64,000 bases of DNA from Scyliorhinus canicula (taxonomy: Eukaryota), in contig NC_052162.1 of NCBI RefSeq assembly GCF_902713615.1, forward strand, positions 63,293,913-63,357,912, in the 5' to 3' direction. The position numbers were made by a program, and so were the translations under genes. Under the pieces are notes generated by a model that was given only the letters and a program-made list of their open reading frames with translations, did not search any database and was not told the DNA's origin. The first letter of the stretch is position 1; each line of letters begins with the position of its first letter. This document shows, piece by piece, positions 35,578 to 49,229 of this stretch.

Positions 35578-36754
35578 CTGAAAAAAACATGTAAAAAAAA
35601 CATATTCTTTAATTCTGCCTGCAACTTTCTAATGTTTTCTTATTTTAAGCAAAAAGTCCATCAAACTGGTGCTTTTAACAATGAGCTACCACAAAATATA
35701 GGTGGAATTCAATCATTATTTACTGAAGTACTGACATGACCTTAATTAACCCTGCTCTAAAATTCAGCCTCTCTCTTTATGACCATGTATTCAAATCTAT
35801 GCCAAATTGAAGGGATAAATGTGACTTTTACCCTTGATGGCATTAAGATTATGGATGTAAAAGGAGTTTGGTTTAGTATCAACCCAAGTCTACAACACAA
35901 AACTATTGATGAGTCATTACAAATTGGCAACCACATTCATCAATGCAACAAGGAAGATTCGTTTGGGCAATGTTATATTGTTGCAGCAGGTAGTACTTTG
36001 TTTTAGTTTAGATTTTTGAAAATGCATCCAAAGTATGTGAACATCACTGGCAAGGACGGATTCATTGTCCATCCCTAACTGCCCTCGAGAAAGTGGTGGT
36101 AATTAGCCTTTATAAATTAACTGCAGTTTGTGTGGTGATATTATTCCCATATTGCTGCCAGGTAGGTGGTTCCAGCAATGATAAAGAATGCCCGTATGCT
36201 TTGTTATGATCCCTGTTGATGTTACTACTGGATGGAAAGATTCATGAATGAATCCTAACTCAACTTTTATTTTTCTTTAGAAAACATGGATGAACGGAAA
36301 CACAGGGCTGTCAAATAGCTTTTAACAACATGAAAAGTTTGACTATAATACAAACTCCCTCCTTCATTCCCACTTATCTTCACAAATGTACACAGATTTC
36401 AAAACTGACACAGGTTACAAAATATATCTTCTGCTATAATGTTCTCAGGAAATGCACAGTCCCTGTAACCCAACAGGCTAACAACCCACTCTGAAGCCAT
36501 CCAATCAATCTTCTGTGGATTTCTCCCCAAATCCCCCAGGTGACTATTACACTGGAGCCAATTGATCTCATTGGATTCCGGCTTCCACGAGTGTTTGCAA
36601 ACTCTATCCTTGAAAAGACACGCCTTAAAATCTTCTTTCAAACAATGTCTTCCCTCAACTGTTTCTAGCAAGGGTTTACTTCCGGGACTTGTGTACTTGC
36701 GGATTACCCCATTCTTCTCTCTCTAGCTGCGTCCAGTAAAATTAAAAACACCAG

Positions 36755-37500
36755 GGGCATGATCTAATGAAAATGAACATGTCAGCGCATTTAACCAGGT
36801 GTGTCCTAATGCCGGCAACACCGAGGACGACCCTGCTAAAGAACGGAACTCTGTTTAATTTTGGGGCCTTGACGAGGAACGGCCCGCCAAGACCACACTC
36901 AGTCCCATTTCCTGCACTGGCGAGAAGAGATCAGGGCGCAATTTCTAAATGGTTCCCTGATCTCAAGACCCTCCCACCGCAGCCTGCGGACCCCCCCAAA
37001 CGCACATCGATTCACCTATAAGAGGATCATCATGCCCCACCCGGACCCCACCTCATAAGGGCCTCATCATGCCCCCCCCCCCCCCACCGATCCCCAGAAA
37101 AGGCTAAATGTCAACCGGACACCTTGGTAGTGTCAGCCTGGTACCCTGACATCGCCACCTGGGCATCCTGACAGTGCCAGGGTGGCACCCAGGCAGCATC
37201 AGGTCTGCCAGCGTACCACCCTGCCCAGAACCTAACCACTCAGGGACCCCGATCGCCTGGGAGATCCCCCCAAGTGTCTGGCCCACGTTGGTGGAGACCA
37301 ATATTAACAGGTGCTCGCTCGGGGTCTCCGAGGTGCGGGAGTTCGATCCCATGCCTTGGGTGATACGGCGAGTGCATGTCAAAGTGTGCCTAATTGCACA
37401 CTTTAATATGCAGATTTGAGTCCTGCCCATTGTGGGAATCCAACAGGATCTTGCGAGATGTCGCGAGTTAGATAAATCTTGCAAGAGGCCTCTCGCAAAA
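36755..37500. mobile_element. Non-autonomous Harbinger-like (MITE-type) element in BRCC3 intron 4
   Basis: GGGGCATGATCTAA terminus like the 1258 end; GC-rich body. Confidence 0.45.
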
Positions 37501-37643
37501 TACTGCAGATTCTGGAAATATGAAATAAAACAGAAAGTAATGGAAAAGGTCAAATCCAAAATGACTCTTCTTTTGAAGAAATAAACCACCACTGACAGCC
37601 ACGAAAGAGACAACACACATTAGAGTAAAGAGCTGGTACATAC

Positions 37644-37732
37644 CTTGGTATTCTTGTCCTCAATGAAACAGGAGAAGATCAGCCCTACGAAGCCCTGGTC
37701 CATCATCTGGTACATGGCCTGAGTACGGACAT
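37644..37732 (-). CDS. BRCC3: BRCC3 coding exon 4
   Basis: acag|AT-VRTQAMYQMMDQGFVGLIFSCFIEDKNTK|gtatgt. Confidence 0.97.
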
Positions 37733-38856
37733 CTGTCAGAGATAACAGAGATTACGAAGCAATAGATCAAGTTTTGCTTCTTGAACAGGTTACCCATGTG
37801 TAAACTTAACTGGCAAGGAAACAAAATTGACTCCAAACTACTCCAAGCAAAAAGGCAATAACAGTTAGGATCTGAATTGGTATATTACGGGCTTAACACA
37901 AATTCTACTGGCAAGGTGCACTTTTATTGTGACCTGATGCATAATGTCCAAATAGCCGACATAATTAGGAGCTAGCCCTCCTGCAAGCAGTTACTGTAAA
38001 GATCCCTAACTGAAAATATTGACTGCCTGCAAAAGAATCATTGTTCTCTTTTAAGTTGACTCAAACAAAATATGCTGAGATGACAGGTGCCCATGCTGCA
38101 TGATAATGTTAGATAACAAAATGTCTAACAAATTAAAGACCCTGGATAAAGCTCTCTGATGGCTTAGGGGTAAAAAACATCCAAAATGCTTAGTAAAATA
38201 TGAAAGGCCTTTTGGTTTATCGAGTTTATCTTTGAATGGAAGCGCCCATAGGTCTCTTTAATAACTTGAAAAGATTTGACTGCAGCGTTCCAGACTCTGT
38301 TCTGAGTTCGTCAGTTTAGGAAATCAATGAGGATACTCCAACTAGGTTCTAAACCACAAAGCCAGGAAGGAGGGAGAAAATGCAAATATGTCAGTCATTG
38401 AGCCTACAGTGAACCCTGCTGTAAGTACATTAAGATACAACTGGGGTCATATTTAATGTCTTTCACAGTCAATTAACATGATTACATATAGGGTAGATTT
38501 TAACTTTCCCAAGCGGACAGTAAAATTGGCGTTGTCTTTTGGCCTTTTGTTACAAGCTCTGTGGATTTTTCTTTTCATCGAAGTTGGTGGGAAAAACTGG
38601 GTGGTGTGTACAATGAACAGTCAATCCACAATTCCAACTTCAACATCCGTCAGTGAAAGTTAAAGTCTATCTCAGTGACCTGGTTCATATATAAATAACC
38701 TATTTGAGCAAGGTGCCAGAGGGCTGTCAACAAGTTTGGCAATAAGAAAAGGGGGGAAAAGGTCATAGCTAACACGAGATACCTACTCTCTAATCTGCTC
38801 ACACAGGTCACCTTAGCTTCACTGTTACTTGATACCCAGTTCAATTATATACTTAC

Positions 38857-38944
38857 CCACATGTGAAGGCCATACGGTGATATGAGGGTGAGAATGATAC
38901 CATCCTACCACTCTCATTGGGCGACCAGTCATTTCAGCTAACCT
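38857..38944 (-). CDS. BRCC3: BRCC3 coding exon 3 (JAMM motif HSHP)
   Basis: cac|RLAEMTGRPMRVVGWYHSHPHITVWPSHV-G|gtaagt. Confidence 0.97.
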
Positions 38945-39341
38945 GTGTGAGTTGTCAAAGATCATAAGTGAAATCTCGACCACAAGTTTTTAGTGATGCA
39001 TCTTTCCCAGAATCTTGCAAACCCACAAACTCTATATAATGCAAAATCTCTAGAATCCTCTGACATCAAAGCCACCAAAAAAACATGCACTTCTCCTAAA
39101 TAGAAATACAGAAAAATAAGGTTACTAAGGAATATTAGAATTCTAAAAAACATTTTCTTATCTCATCCCAGTATCTTCCAGTTAAGTAGGCAAAAATAAA
39201 TTACATCTGTCTGTTTCATAATTTGAAATAGTAGCATGGAGGGAGATGTACTCTTCACCTCCTAGTCATTTTATTCTGCATTCAACTTCAAAACCCATGT
39301 AAAGACCTTTTTGGAATTTGGAGTTGAAGATGTGGTGGGGT

Positions 39342-39372
<31 letters not shown>

Positions 39373-40272
39373 TTTTGAAGCAGATGTCCTTCCTCACGTT
39401 TCTGCTTAGTGGAACTACTTCTCTAAAGACAATGGATCCAGTAGCAGTATACCTACACACTCCTCTCAGCTACTACCGTCAGCTGTTGCTCTACTGCTCA
39501 AATGCTGACAGTTAAATGACAACTTGCCCTCTCACTCCTGTCCAGGCTTTCATTCCTGATTTTCTGAAAGTAAGGAGAATAGATGCAGGGAAAAATGAAA
39601 ATTCAGTAACAAGAGCCAGCACTGAAATCTAAATGGTTACCGAAATAGCACAACGAGAGTGGAGTGGAGCGGAGCAATAACCTAATGAGAATGCAGTATA
39701 TGAAATGAAAGTGAGGGACAATGTATTTGTGGATCTGTCAACCTACATGAAATGGCAAATTAGGGTATTAAAAACTTAAATCATTTCAGCGTTCAATTTA
39801 CATAGAGGTTGTAGATTTTTCTGCGGTGGAAATTGTTAGTTTCCATGTACGTGAGTAAATATGGTTAAAAATACTGTTACCTGACCTTGGACTGCTTCAC
39901 AGGTGGATTGGCCATGCTAAATTGTCCCATAGTGTCCAAAAGGTTTGGTGAGGTTACAGGAATAGGGTAGGGGTGTGGGCCTAGGTAGGGTGCTCTTTCA
40001 GAGGGTTCGTGCAGACCTGATGGGCCAAATGGCCTCCTTCTGCACTGTAGGGATTGTATGATTCACAAGGCAAAGGGGGAGGAAGCTTTACTCTCCATGT
40101 GACCCATGTTATATCCACTCTTGGGCTGCTGAACGAGGACACTGACTGCAAAAGATCCTTATTTCCCAGTGTTTAGATGTCTCAACTTGTTTTTAAATGT
40201 GGTAATGTATTGCTCGCCAAAAAACATGTGAATCCCAGAGTCTGTTGATAGTAATCTCTATGAAAAGGATAT
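38945..40272 (-). other. BRCC3: U12-type (minor spliceosome) AT-AC intron of BRCC3
   Basis: 5' site ATATCCTTTT; branch-like TCTTTGAC about 10 nt before the terminal AC. Joining at these sites restores ...TEAE|RLAE... in frame. Confidence 0.9.
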
Positions 40273-40392
40273 CTCAGCTTCAGTTGAGGCTGCAGAAAGT
40301 TGCTCTGGAGAAATTTCCACCCGATCCTTGCGCTTGTCCGAGCGGCGAAGAATGATGACAGAATGAATATGAACAATTCTGCTTGTGTCAAC
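40273..40392 (-). CDS. BRCC3: BRCC3 coding exon 2
   Basis: atag|VDTSRIVHIHSVIILRRSDKRKDRVEISPEQLSAASTEAE|atatcc. Confidence 0.97.
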
Positions 40393-40577
40393 CTATAGCA
40401 AAAATGAAGAGGTTAATTATCTTCTATTTCATCAAAGGGCACACTGGGTTAGAACATTATCTCTTATCTCTGGAACCTGGTCTCACATCCAGCCAGAGAG
40501 AACAGATTAAAATTTCTCTCTCCTTGCTGACTGAGTTTTTGTAGTGCTAATCAAACTTGAGACAATCTTGAGACAAA

Positions 40578-41009
40578 CTTGGGAAAATCTTATGAGGAAA
40601 GGCTGATGGACTTGAGGTTGTTTTCGTTAGAGAGAAGAAGGTTAAGAGGTGACTTAATAGAGGCATACAAAATGATCAGAGGGTTAGATAGGGTGGACAG
40701 CGAGAGCCTTCTCCCGCGGATGGAGGTGGCTAGCACGAGGGGACATAGCCTTAAATTGAGGGGTAATAGATATAGGACAGAGGTCAGAGGTGGGTTTTTT
40801 ACGCAAAGAGTGGTGAGGCCGTGGAATGCCCTACCTGCAACAGTAGTGAACTCGCCAACATTGAGGGCATTTAAAAATTTATTGGATAAGCATATGGATG
40901 ATAAGGGCATAGTGTAGGTTAGATGCCCTTTAGTTTTTTTCCATGTCGGTGCAACATCGAGGGCCGAAGGGCCTGTACTGCGCTGTATCGTTCTATGTTC
41001 TATGTTCTA
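40578..41009 (+). mobile_element. Young 5'-truncated CR1 LINE
   Basis: SYEERLMDLRLFSLERRRLRGDLIEAYKMIRG...FFTQRVVRPWNALP; (TTCTATG)n tail. Confidence 0.92.
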
Positions 41010-41754
41010 ATTGCGGAAACAAAATTTCACTCTGGTGCAGTATAGTGTTATCTACTGAGATTCCAATTAGCTGGAGCAGATAGAGAGACCTCTGCATCCC
41101 ATTCATACTATACCAGAGTGTCCATAATGCTGACACTGAATAAATAAAATGGAAAGTGCGCTATTTCCCTACTAGAAACATGCTTCAGAACTGAATTAAA
41201 CATAACACAAAAACACTGACGACGCTGGGATTTCTCTGTTTCTCCAATCAACCATTCGGCAGAAGCGCTGCTCATGTGGCAAAAATCTGGGCTGACGTGA
41301 ATCGTGATGTTTACTTGTTCAGTGTGTGTGCATAATCACAGAGCCAAGCAATAGCCTCGTCAATGGCTTGAAGGAGGTCTTGAAGCCATTCAAGTTTAGT
41401 CAGTGGACATTCTTGATAACATAAGATAAATGAAAGAAAGAATGAAACAGATTAGATCGGAGGACTTTATCAGGGTGGGTGTGAAAAGGGTGTTTCCTCT
41501 TGTGGGAGAATCTAGAACTAGAACCCATTTAAGACAGAGATGAGGAGAAATGTTTTCTCTCAGAGTGTTGAACGTCTTTGGAACTCCCTTCTTCAAAAGG
41601 CATTGGAAACATAGAGGCTGGATATTTTTAAAGCAGAACTAGATAGATTCTTGATAAGCAACGGGGTGAAAAGTTATCAGGGATATGTGGGAATGTGGAG
41701 TTGAGGTTATAATCAAATCAGCCCATAATTTTATTGAATGACAGAACAGGGTTG

Positions 41755-43030
41755 AGAACAAAGCCTCCCCGTTTATCCAGGTGTCATCCTTGACTGAATC
41801 CTCATGCTCATTAAGACTTCAAGAAAAAATTAAAACCTACAATAATCTCCATAGTAAATTGGTCATTACCTTGAGGGATCACTGATCAAGACCTCTGCTT
41901 TTGTCTTAACATACTCATTCACACCCACCCTGATAAAGTCCTCCGATTGCAGTATAGCAATGTGATTCATTATTTTGACTGCACCACAGCTGCAGCCTGG
42001 ATGGTCTTGGCGATCCCAATGATGGTGGGTGGCTGCACAGGGATGTTGGCAATCTGGAAAATTTAAAATTGCCCACTGTCGCCACAGGAGATGGGTGCAC
42101 GAGCATGGCAGTCTACAATGAGAGAGCAATTTCTGGTTGATGTTTTCTCTTGCATTAATTCCTCAGCTGTTGGTGTTGTGAGTTTAACCATATGGGGTGG
42201 TATGATGGAAGGCATACGGCACGTGGGTTAAAGAGGTAATTGAATAAGGACAGGCTTGAGTTGGAGGAGACTTTCTCCAGTAGCTTGCCAGGTGAAATAA
42301 GTTAACCCCCTGATGTGTGGGGAAAACGGCGGAAATGTTACTGAAGACTGGGGGGACAGGGGAGGTCAGTCGGGTTGAAGTGTATCTGTGATGGTGAGCA
42401 TAGTTGAGTTGGGTTGCACATCAACAAGTTTGGTGCGGGCAGATTGGTACCATACTCATGCGCCGTATTCTTGCAGATGAGTATGTTAAGACAAAAGCAG
42501 AGGTCTTGATCAGTGATCCCTCAAGGTAATGGCCAATTTACTATGGAGATTATTGTAGGTTTTAATTTTTTTTGAAGTCTTAATGAGCATGAAGATTCAG
42601 TCAAGGATGACACCTGGATAAACGGGGAGGCTTTGTTCTTTAATTGCTGATCATCCAGGGTGATGTTCAGTTACCTCTTACTTCTGTAATAGTGAACATG
42701 GAACATGCGAGACAGTGTCTATCTGGTGCTTGGATGTGGGCACCATGTCTTGCAGTGATCAGCCAGCCTTGCAATGTCATAATTTAGTGCATCTTGCAGC
42801 TCAGGCTATGTCTGAGCAAGTATGTCACAGCAGATGTCATCTGCAAAGATAAACTTCCGGGACTGGGTAGTAGGTAGATCATTGGTGTACAGATTGAACA
42901 TGGTTAAGACTAAGACAGATCCCTGGAGTAATCCTTTTATTCATTTCCTCAGGTGCTAGTTCCGTCACCCATATGCACCCAGGCTATCCGTCTGGAGTAG
43001 CAGTTCAATGGAGGGAGAAAACTTGAAGTT
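41755..43030 (-). mobile_element. Degenerate LINE (Ingi/Vingi-like RT) with an inverted duplication
   Basis: Minus-strand LQGSVLVLTMFNLYTNDLP...FIFADDIC (~42830-42930). Inverted repeat 41755-41918 / 42477-42639. Confidence 0.6.
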
Positions 43031-43499
43031 CAGCTGGCCGATTGAGAGAATCTCTGAGAAAATGCCCAAAAACGATTTATCCCTTTTGGCTTGAATCTGG
43101 AATCTATTGTTATCTTGCAGTTGCTGGAAATATTCCTACAGCAGTGACCAGGAGAGCAGATGAGCAAGATCAGAGCAGGATATAAGGTGTAGGGAGAGAT
43201 CAAGTCTGAGAGCAGGGGAGTGGGAGCTGAGTGAGAGCAGAGCAGGAGTACGAGCAGAGATTGCTAATAGGGATGATGGCAGAGCAAAGGTGTGGCCAGA
43301 AGCAGCACAGGCAGAACTGGGATGAGCCAGTGTAGAGAGCAAGGAACACGAGAACCTGAGGGAACAACAAAAGATACAAATACAAATGTAAATGTAATTC
43401 AGTGCGTAACACCCAACCCCGACCACAACCATATTCTGCCAACATAGCTTATACACACAACCCCAAGTCCCTCCAACTCTTCTCGCTAATCCCACCTAA

Positions 43500-44697
43500 A
43501 TTTAACTAAACTAAACTAACCCCCCCTGCCCTTCTTATTCCATAACCCCCGCCCCCTTACTGTATCTGCTAACAGTTTAGTTTTACCCAAAGAAGTCGAT
43601 AAATGGCTGCCACCTCTGGATGAACCCTCGCACTGATCCTCTCGGGGCAAACTTAATTTTCTCAAGCCTGTCGCTAACCCATACCCCCTCCACACTAATA
43701 AGATCCGTCTCTGGGCTACCAAGGAGGCAAAGGCCAAAACATCAGCCACTCTCGCCCCCTGGACTCCCGGGTCTTCCGACACACCAAAGATTGCCACCTC
43801 TGGACTCGGCACCACCCCTGTTTTTAGCACCGTGGACATGACATCGGCAAACCCCTGCCAGGATCCCCTAAGGTTTAGACATGTCAAAAACATGTGGACA
43901 TGATCTGCAGGCCCTCCTGCACACCTGTCCTCTACGCCAAAAAACCTGCTCATCCGGGCCACCATCATGTGTGCCCGGCGAACCACCTTGAATTGTATCA
44001 GGCTGAGCCTGGCACTTGATGAAGACGTGCTGACTATGCTCAGAGCATCCACCCACAGACCTGCCTCTAGTTCCTTACCCAGCTCATCTTCCCACTTGCG
44101 CTTCACCTCTTCTACCTGGGTTCCCTCCCACTCCATAAGTTCTTTATGAATTTCCGAGACCTTCCCTTCCCCCACTCACGTTTTTGAAACTACCTTGTCC
44201 TGTATCCCCTGTGGCGGTAGAAGTGGAAAGGTTGAAACCTGCCTTCTCATAAAGTCCCTCACCTGCAGATAGCAAAACTCATTCCCACAAGGTAATTCAA
44301 ACTTCTCCTCCAGATCCTCCAAACAAGGAAAGCTCAATAAACAGATCTTCCAGTCAAGCAATGCCTGCTCTCTGCCACCTCCAAGACCCCCCATCCAACT
44401 TCCCCGAGAGAAACCAGTGATTGCCACAAATTGGAGCCCAGACCGAAGCTCCTTCCACTCCCATATGTTTCCGCCACTGTCCCCAAACTCTCAGAGCCGC
44501 CATCACCGCTGGGCTGGTGGAGTATAGGGCCGGCAAGAACGGCAGAGGTGCCGTTATCAGTGCTCCTAAACTTATACCTCTACGTGATGCCGTCTCTACC
44601 CGCTCCCATACCGAGCCCCTCCCACTACCCACTTCCTGATCATAGCTATATTTGCCGCCCAATAGTAATTCCTAAAGTTCGGCAAGGCCAACCCCCC

Positions 44698-44748
<51 letters not shown>

Positions 44749-47120
44749 CTCCGCTCCAACAGCACTTTCCTTACTCGTGGGGTTTTACCCGCCCATACTA
44801 ACCCAGAGATCACCCAATTAACCCATTTAAAAAGGCCTTTGGTATATAAATAGGGAGACACTGGAAGACAAACAAAAATCTCAGGAGAACCGTCACCTTT
44901 ATGGTCTGTACCCTCCCTGCCAGTGACAACGGGAGCATGTCCCACCTCTGAAAGTCCTCCATTATTTGCTCAACTAACTGGGCCAGGTTTGATTTATGTA
45001 ACTACTCCCTCTGCCACCTGGATTCCCAAGTATTGAAAACTCCCTCCCACCACTTTGAACGGCAACTCCCCCAGTCGCCTTGCCTGGATCACAAAAACCT
45101 CACTTTTCCCCATATTCAATTTGTACCCCAAGAACCGGACAATTTCCCCTAAGATCTGCATAATCTCTCCATCCCCCTTAACGGGTCAGAAATATACAGG
45201 AGTAGGTCGTCCACATACGAGACCACCCCCCCCCCCCCCCCCCACCCCACCTCCGAACTAGCCCCTTCCAATCTTTTGACGCTCTCAGCGCCATCTCTTA
45301 TGGCTCTGCAGCCAAGGCAAACAGCAGTGGGGAGAGTGGACATCCCTAGCTTGTCCCCTGGTGTAGTCTAAAGTAGTCCAAAGCCACCTGATTCGTCCGT
45401 AAAGTCAAAGGCCTTCTCCGTGTCCATAGAGACCGATACCTCCACCTCCCTCCCCTCTGAGGACACCATGATGACATTCAAGAGCCTCCTGACGTTGGCC
45501 ATTAACTGCCTGCCTTTAACAAATCCCGTCTGGTCTTGCCCTATCACCCCCGGTACACAATCCTTTATTCTCAAGGCCAAAATCTTGGCCAGCAAGTTGG
45601 CGTCAACATTTAGTAGGGAGATTGGTCTGTATGACCCGCATTGTTCTGGGTCCTTCTCCTGCTTCAGGATCAATGAGATCGAAGCCTGTGACATTTTCGG
45701 GGGGAAGAACACCCCGCTCCTTTGCCTCATTAAATGCCTTCACCAGCCGCAGACCCAGCACCCCAGAGGACCTCTTATAAAATTCCACTGGGTAACCGTT
45801 CGGTCCCGGGGCCTTGCCCGACTGCAAACTCCAAATCCTCCAAGAATTGCCTCATCCCCTCCACCCCAGCAGGGGGCTCCAACTCATACAACTGGCTGTA
45901 AAATTCCTTGAACACCCCATTCACCCCCGCTGAGTCCAAGACTGTGTTCCCCCCTCTATCCTTCACTCTCCCTATCTCCCTGGCCGTCTCCCTTTTCCTG
46001 AGCTGAAGTGCTAGCATCTTACTGGCCTTCTCCCCATGCTCATATCCCGCCCCCTCAACTGCCCCGCCACCTTCCTTGCCCAAACTCCATCTGCAGCTTC
46101 CGCCACTCATTCAACAGTTTCGCCTCCGGGGCTTCAAAGTATCTCCTATCCACCTGGAGTATCTCCCTAACCAGCCTATCTATCTCTGCCCACTCCAGCT
46201 TCTCCCTATGAGCCCGTATCGAAATCAGCTCCCCCCTAACTACTGCCTTCAGTCCCTCCCATACCGTTGCCGCCGAAACCTCCCCCGTGTCATTTATCTC
46301 CAAATAATTTTGTATGGCCGCCCTCACTGCCCGCACACCACCTCACCCGCTAGCAGTCCTGCATCCAATCTCTATTGCGGGCGCTGCCCCGCACTCCTTG
46401 CTCACCCGTAAATCCATCCAGTGTGGGGCATGGTCCGACAGAACAATTACCAAATACTCGGCATCCACCACCCCCGCCAGCAAGGCCCTATCCAAAACAA
46501 AAAAAATCTATACTTTGTGTACATGGGAGAAAAAAGAAAATTCCTTTGCTTTTGATCGTCCGAACCTCCATGGATTTACCCCCCCACCCCATCTGTTCCA
46601 TAAACCCCTTTAGCTCCTTCGCCATGGTTGGCACCATCCCTGTCCTCAAACACGACCGATCCAACCTCAGATCTATAACCGTATTAAAGTCCCCTCACTA
46701 TTTGAGTCCCGGTCTGGGATCTTTCCTAGCACCCGCCTCATAAACTCCACGTCATCCCAGTTTGGTGCATAAATATTCACTATTACCACCGGCATCCCCT
46801 CCAATTTCCCACTCACCGTAATGTACCATAATGACCCCTCCTCCCGAGTCCGCCACTATTCTCCCGATTTCGAAAGACACCCGCTTATTGATCAAGATCG
46901 CTACCCCCCTAGTTTTAGAGTCCAGCCCTGAATGAAATACCTGCCCGACCCACCCCTTCCTCAGCCTAGTCTGATCCACTACCCTCAGGTAGAATTGCCA
47001 CGTCCACCTTCAAACTCTTCAAATGCGGGAATACGCGAGCCCTCTTGACCGGCCCATTCAGCCCTCTCACGTTCCATGTGATCAGCCTGGTTGGGGGGTA
47101 CCCCGGGGGGTGGAGCTAGT
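43500..47120 (-). mobile_element. L1/Tx1-like LINE, near-complete but frameshifted ORF2
   Basis: EN remnants (GQVFHSGLDSKTRGVAILINK), RT (GKAPGPNG, YRPISLLNVD, DQTGFVKGR, YVDDLLLY) and C-terminal knuckle. Confidence 0.92.
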
Positions 47121-47922
47121 CAATGTGGTGCAACTGCAAGACGGAATTTCAAAGATAGCACATTGCAGCAGAGGGTCACATCACAGATTAAGGATGTGGT
47201 GGTGGTCAGTTTAACCATCGTGGTGAAAATGCTTTTAGAAATTGTAATCTGGAATAAAATTAACAATCACTTGATTATAGTGCATGAACTAAAGTAAACT
47301 AGCTTAGATTTGTTAAAGGCAAACTATGTTATAACTAATTTTTTGAGTTTTTAGACAGGTGGTCTGTCCTGGTACCTAACCACAAATAAAATTTGTCATG
47401 CAGCCTAAGTGAAATAAAATGCATTCACTAATTATCATTCTCCCCCACTCGCCTCCCTCCAAACCTATTCCTACACCTTTTTATTTGATTGTAATGTCTG
47501 AATTAATTTCTTGTTCTTCTGTTGGTCAGCAACACATAACCAATGCCCACATTTCTCATCTTTAAGACACTTTCCATTGTCAACTCTACATATTTTCTTG
47601 TCAAATATCTGAATGTTTTCACAAATGAAACTACCAACACAAGTACAGAATCGCAAACCGTTAAGGGACAATGAGCTACAGGAGTCACAGACAAAAACTG
47701 AGGCTTATTTGGTATTAAATGGCTGACCTTGTTCTCTCCTCCCCAAGTTATGAACCATCATGACTAACAGCTAGTTTCTGGGCTGCGTTATTCAGTTGCT
47801 GTGCTCATTCAGTAGTAGAACAAACATTTTGGCCTGTTGCTGTGATGATGGTGGCTCAAATCTATTTTCTGAAAGTGATGCAATAATCAGATATTCTTGG
47901 AACATTAATAATTTCACAGCAT

Positions 47923-49229
47923 GGAGGCACGAGCCTGAAGGCACTGGTAACGGCGCCGCTGCCGCTCCCGCCAACGAGGTACACTACGAGCCTGGTGGTG
48001 GCGGCTACCCTCAAAATTTGGGGGCAGTGGAGGCGACACAGGGGGGAAGTGGGGGGCTCGGTGGAGGCCCCACTGCGGGGGAACCACCGGTTTGTCCCAG
48101 GGAACATGGATGGCGGGTTCCTGGGATGGCACAGGGCGGGCATTAGGAAGTTGGGAGACCTGTTTATTGACGGGAGGTTCGCGAGCCTTGGTGAACTGGA
48201 GGAGAAGTTTGAGCTCCCCCCGAGGAATATGTTCAGGTACCTTCAGGTCAAGGCATTTGCTAGGCGACAGGTGGAGGGGTTCCCTTTGCTGCCCCCGCGG
48301 GGGGTAAGGGATAGGGTGCTTTCAGGGTGTGGGTCGAGGATGGGAAGGTGTCTGACATCTACCAGGTAATGCAGGAGGTGGGGGAGGCGTCGGTAGAGGA
48401 GCTGAAGGCTAAGTGGGAGGTGGAGCTGGGGGAGCAGATTGAGGAGGGGACATGGGCGCATGCCCTGGAGAGGGTGAACTCCTCCTCTTCATGTGCGAGG
48501 CTTAGTCTCATCCAGTTCAAGGTGCTGCACTGGGCCCACATGTCCGGATCTAGGATGAGTAGGTTCTTTGGGGGAAAAGACAGGTGCGTCAGGTGTTCGG
48601 GGAGTCCAGCGAACCATACCCATATGTTCTGGGCATGCCCGGCACTGGAGGAGTTCTGGAAGGGGGTGGCGGGGACGGTGTAGAGGGTGGTGGGATCCAG
48701 GGTCAAGCCAGGCTGGGGACTCGCGATATTTGGGGTTGGGATGGAGCCGGGAGTGCAGGAGGCGAAAGTGGCCGATGTCTTGGCCTTTGCGTCCCTAGTA
48801 GCCCGGCGGAGGATCTTGCTGCAGTGGAAAGATGCGAGACCTCCAAGTGTGGAGACCTGGATTAATGACATGGCGGGATTCATTAAGTTGGAGAGGGTTA
48901 AGTTCGCCCTGAGGGAGTCGGTACAAGGGTTCTTTAGGAGGTGGCAGCCTTTCCTCGACTTTCTGGCTCAACGATAAGGTACTAGGTCAGCAGCAACCCG
49001 GGGGGGGGGGGGGGGGGGGGATGGGGGGGAAAGTGGGGGTTTAGGGGGATAGTGTTTAAGTTAATTTGCTTATTGTTCATTTATTTTGTTGTTTATTGGG
49101 GTTGGGGGGTGGGGGGTGTGGGGGGGTTTGTTACATGCGTTGTTACGGGTGCCGGGGGATGTTTATTGTTATTATTGTTTTGTTGATATATATTTTTCAA
49201 AAAATTCCAATAAAAATTATTTAAAAAAA
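47923..49229 (+). mobile_element. 5'-truncated L1/Tx1-like LINE, same subfamily as 25898-27393
   Basis: ORF2 C-terminal fragments. 17-bp TSD TAATAATTTCACAGCAT (47906-47922, 49230-49246). Confidence 0.92.

Noticed and set aside
43140-43385. GAGCAG-rich purine tract with antisense ORFs
   Set aside because: Degenerate simple repeat with no recognisable product.
44698-44746. Long poly-C/poly-G runs (also ~13085, 20432, 39342) giving poly-Pro/Gly peptides
   Set aside because: Homopolymer expansions, mostly in repeats, with unreliable lengths; not coding.
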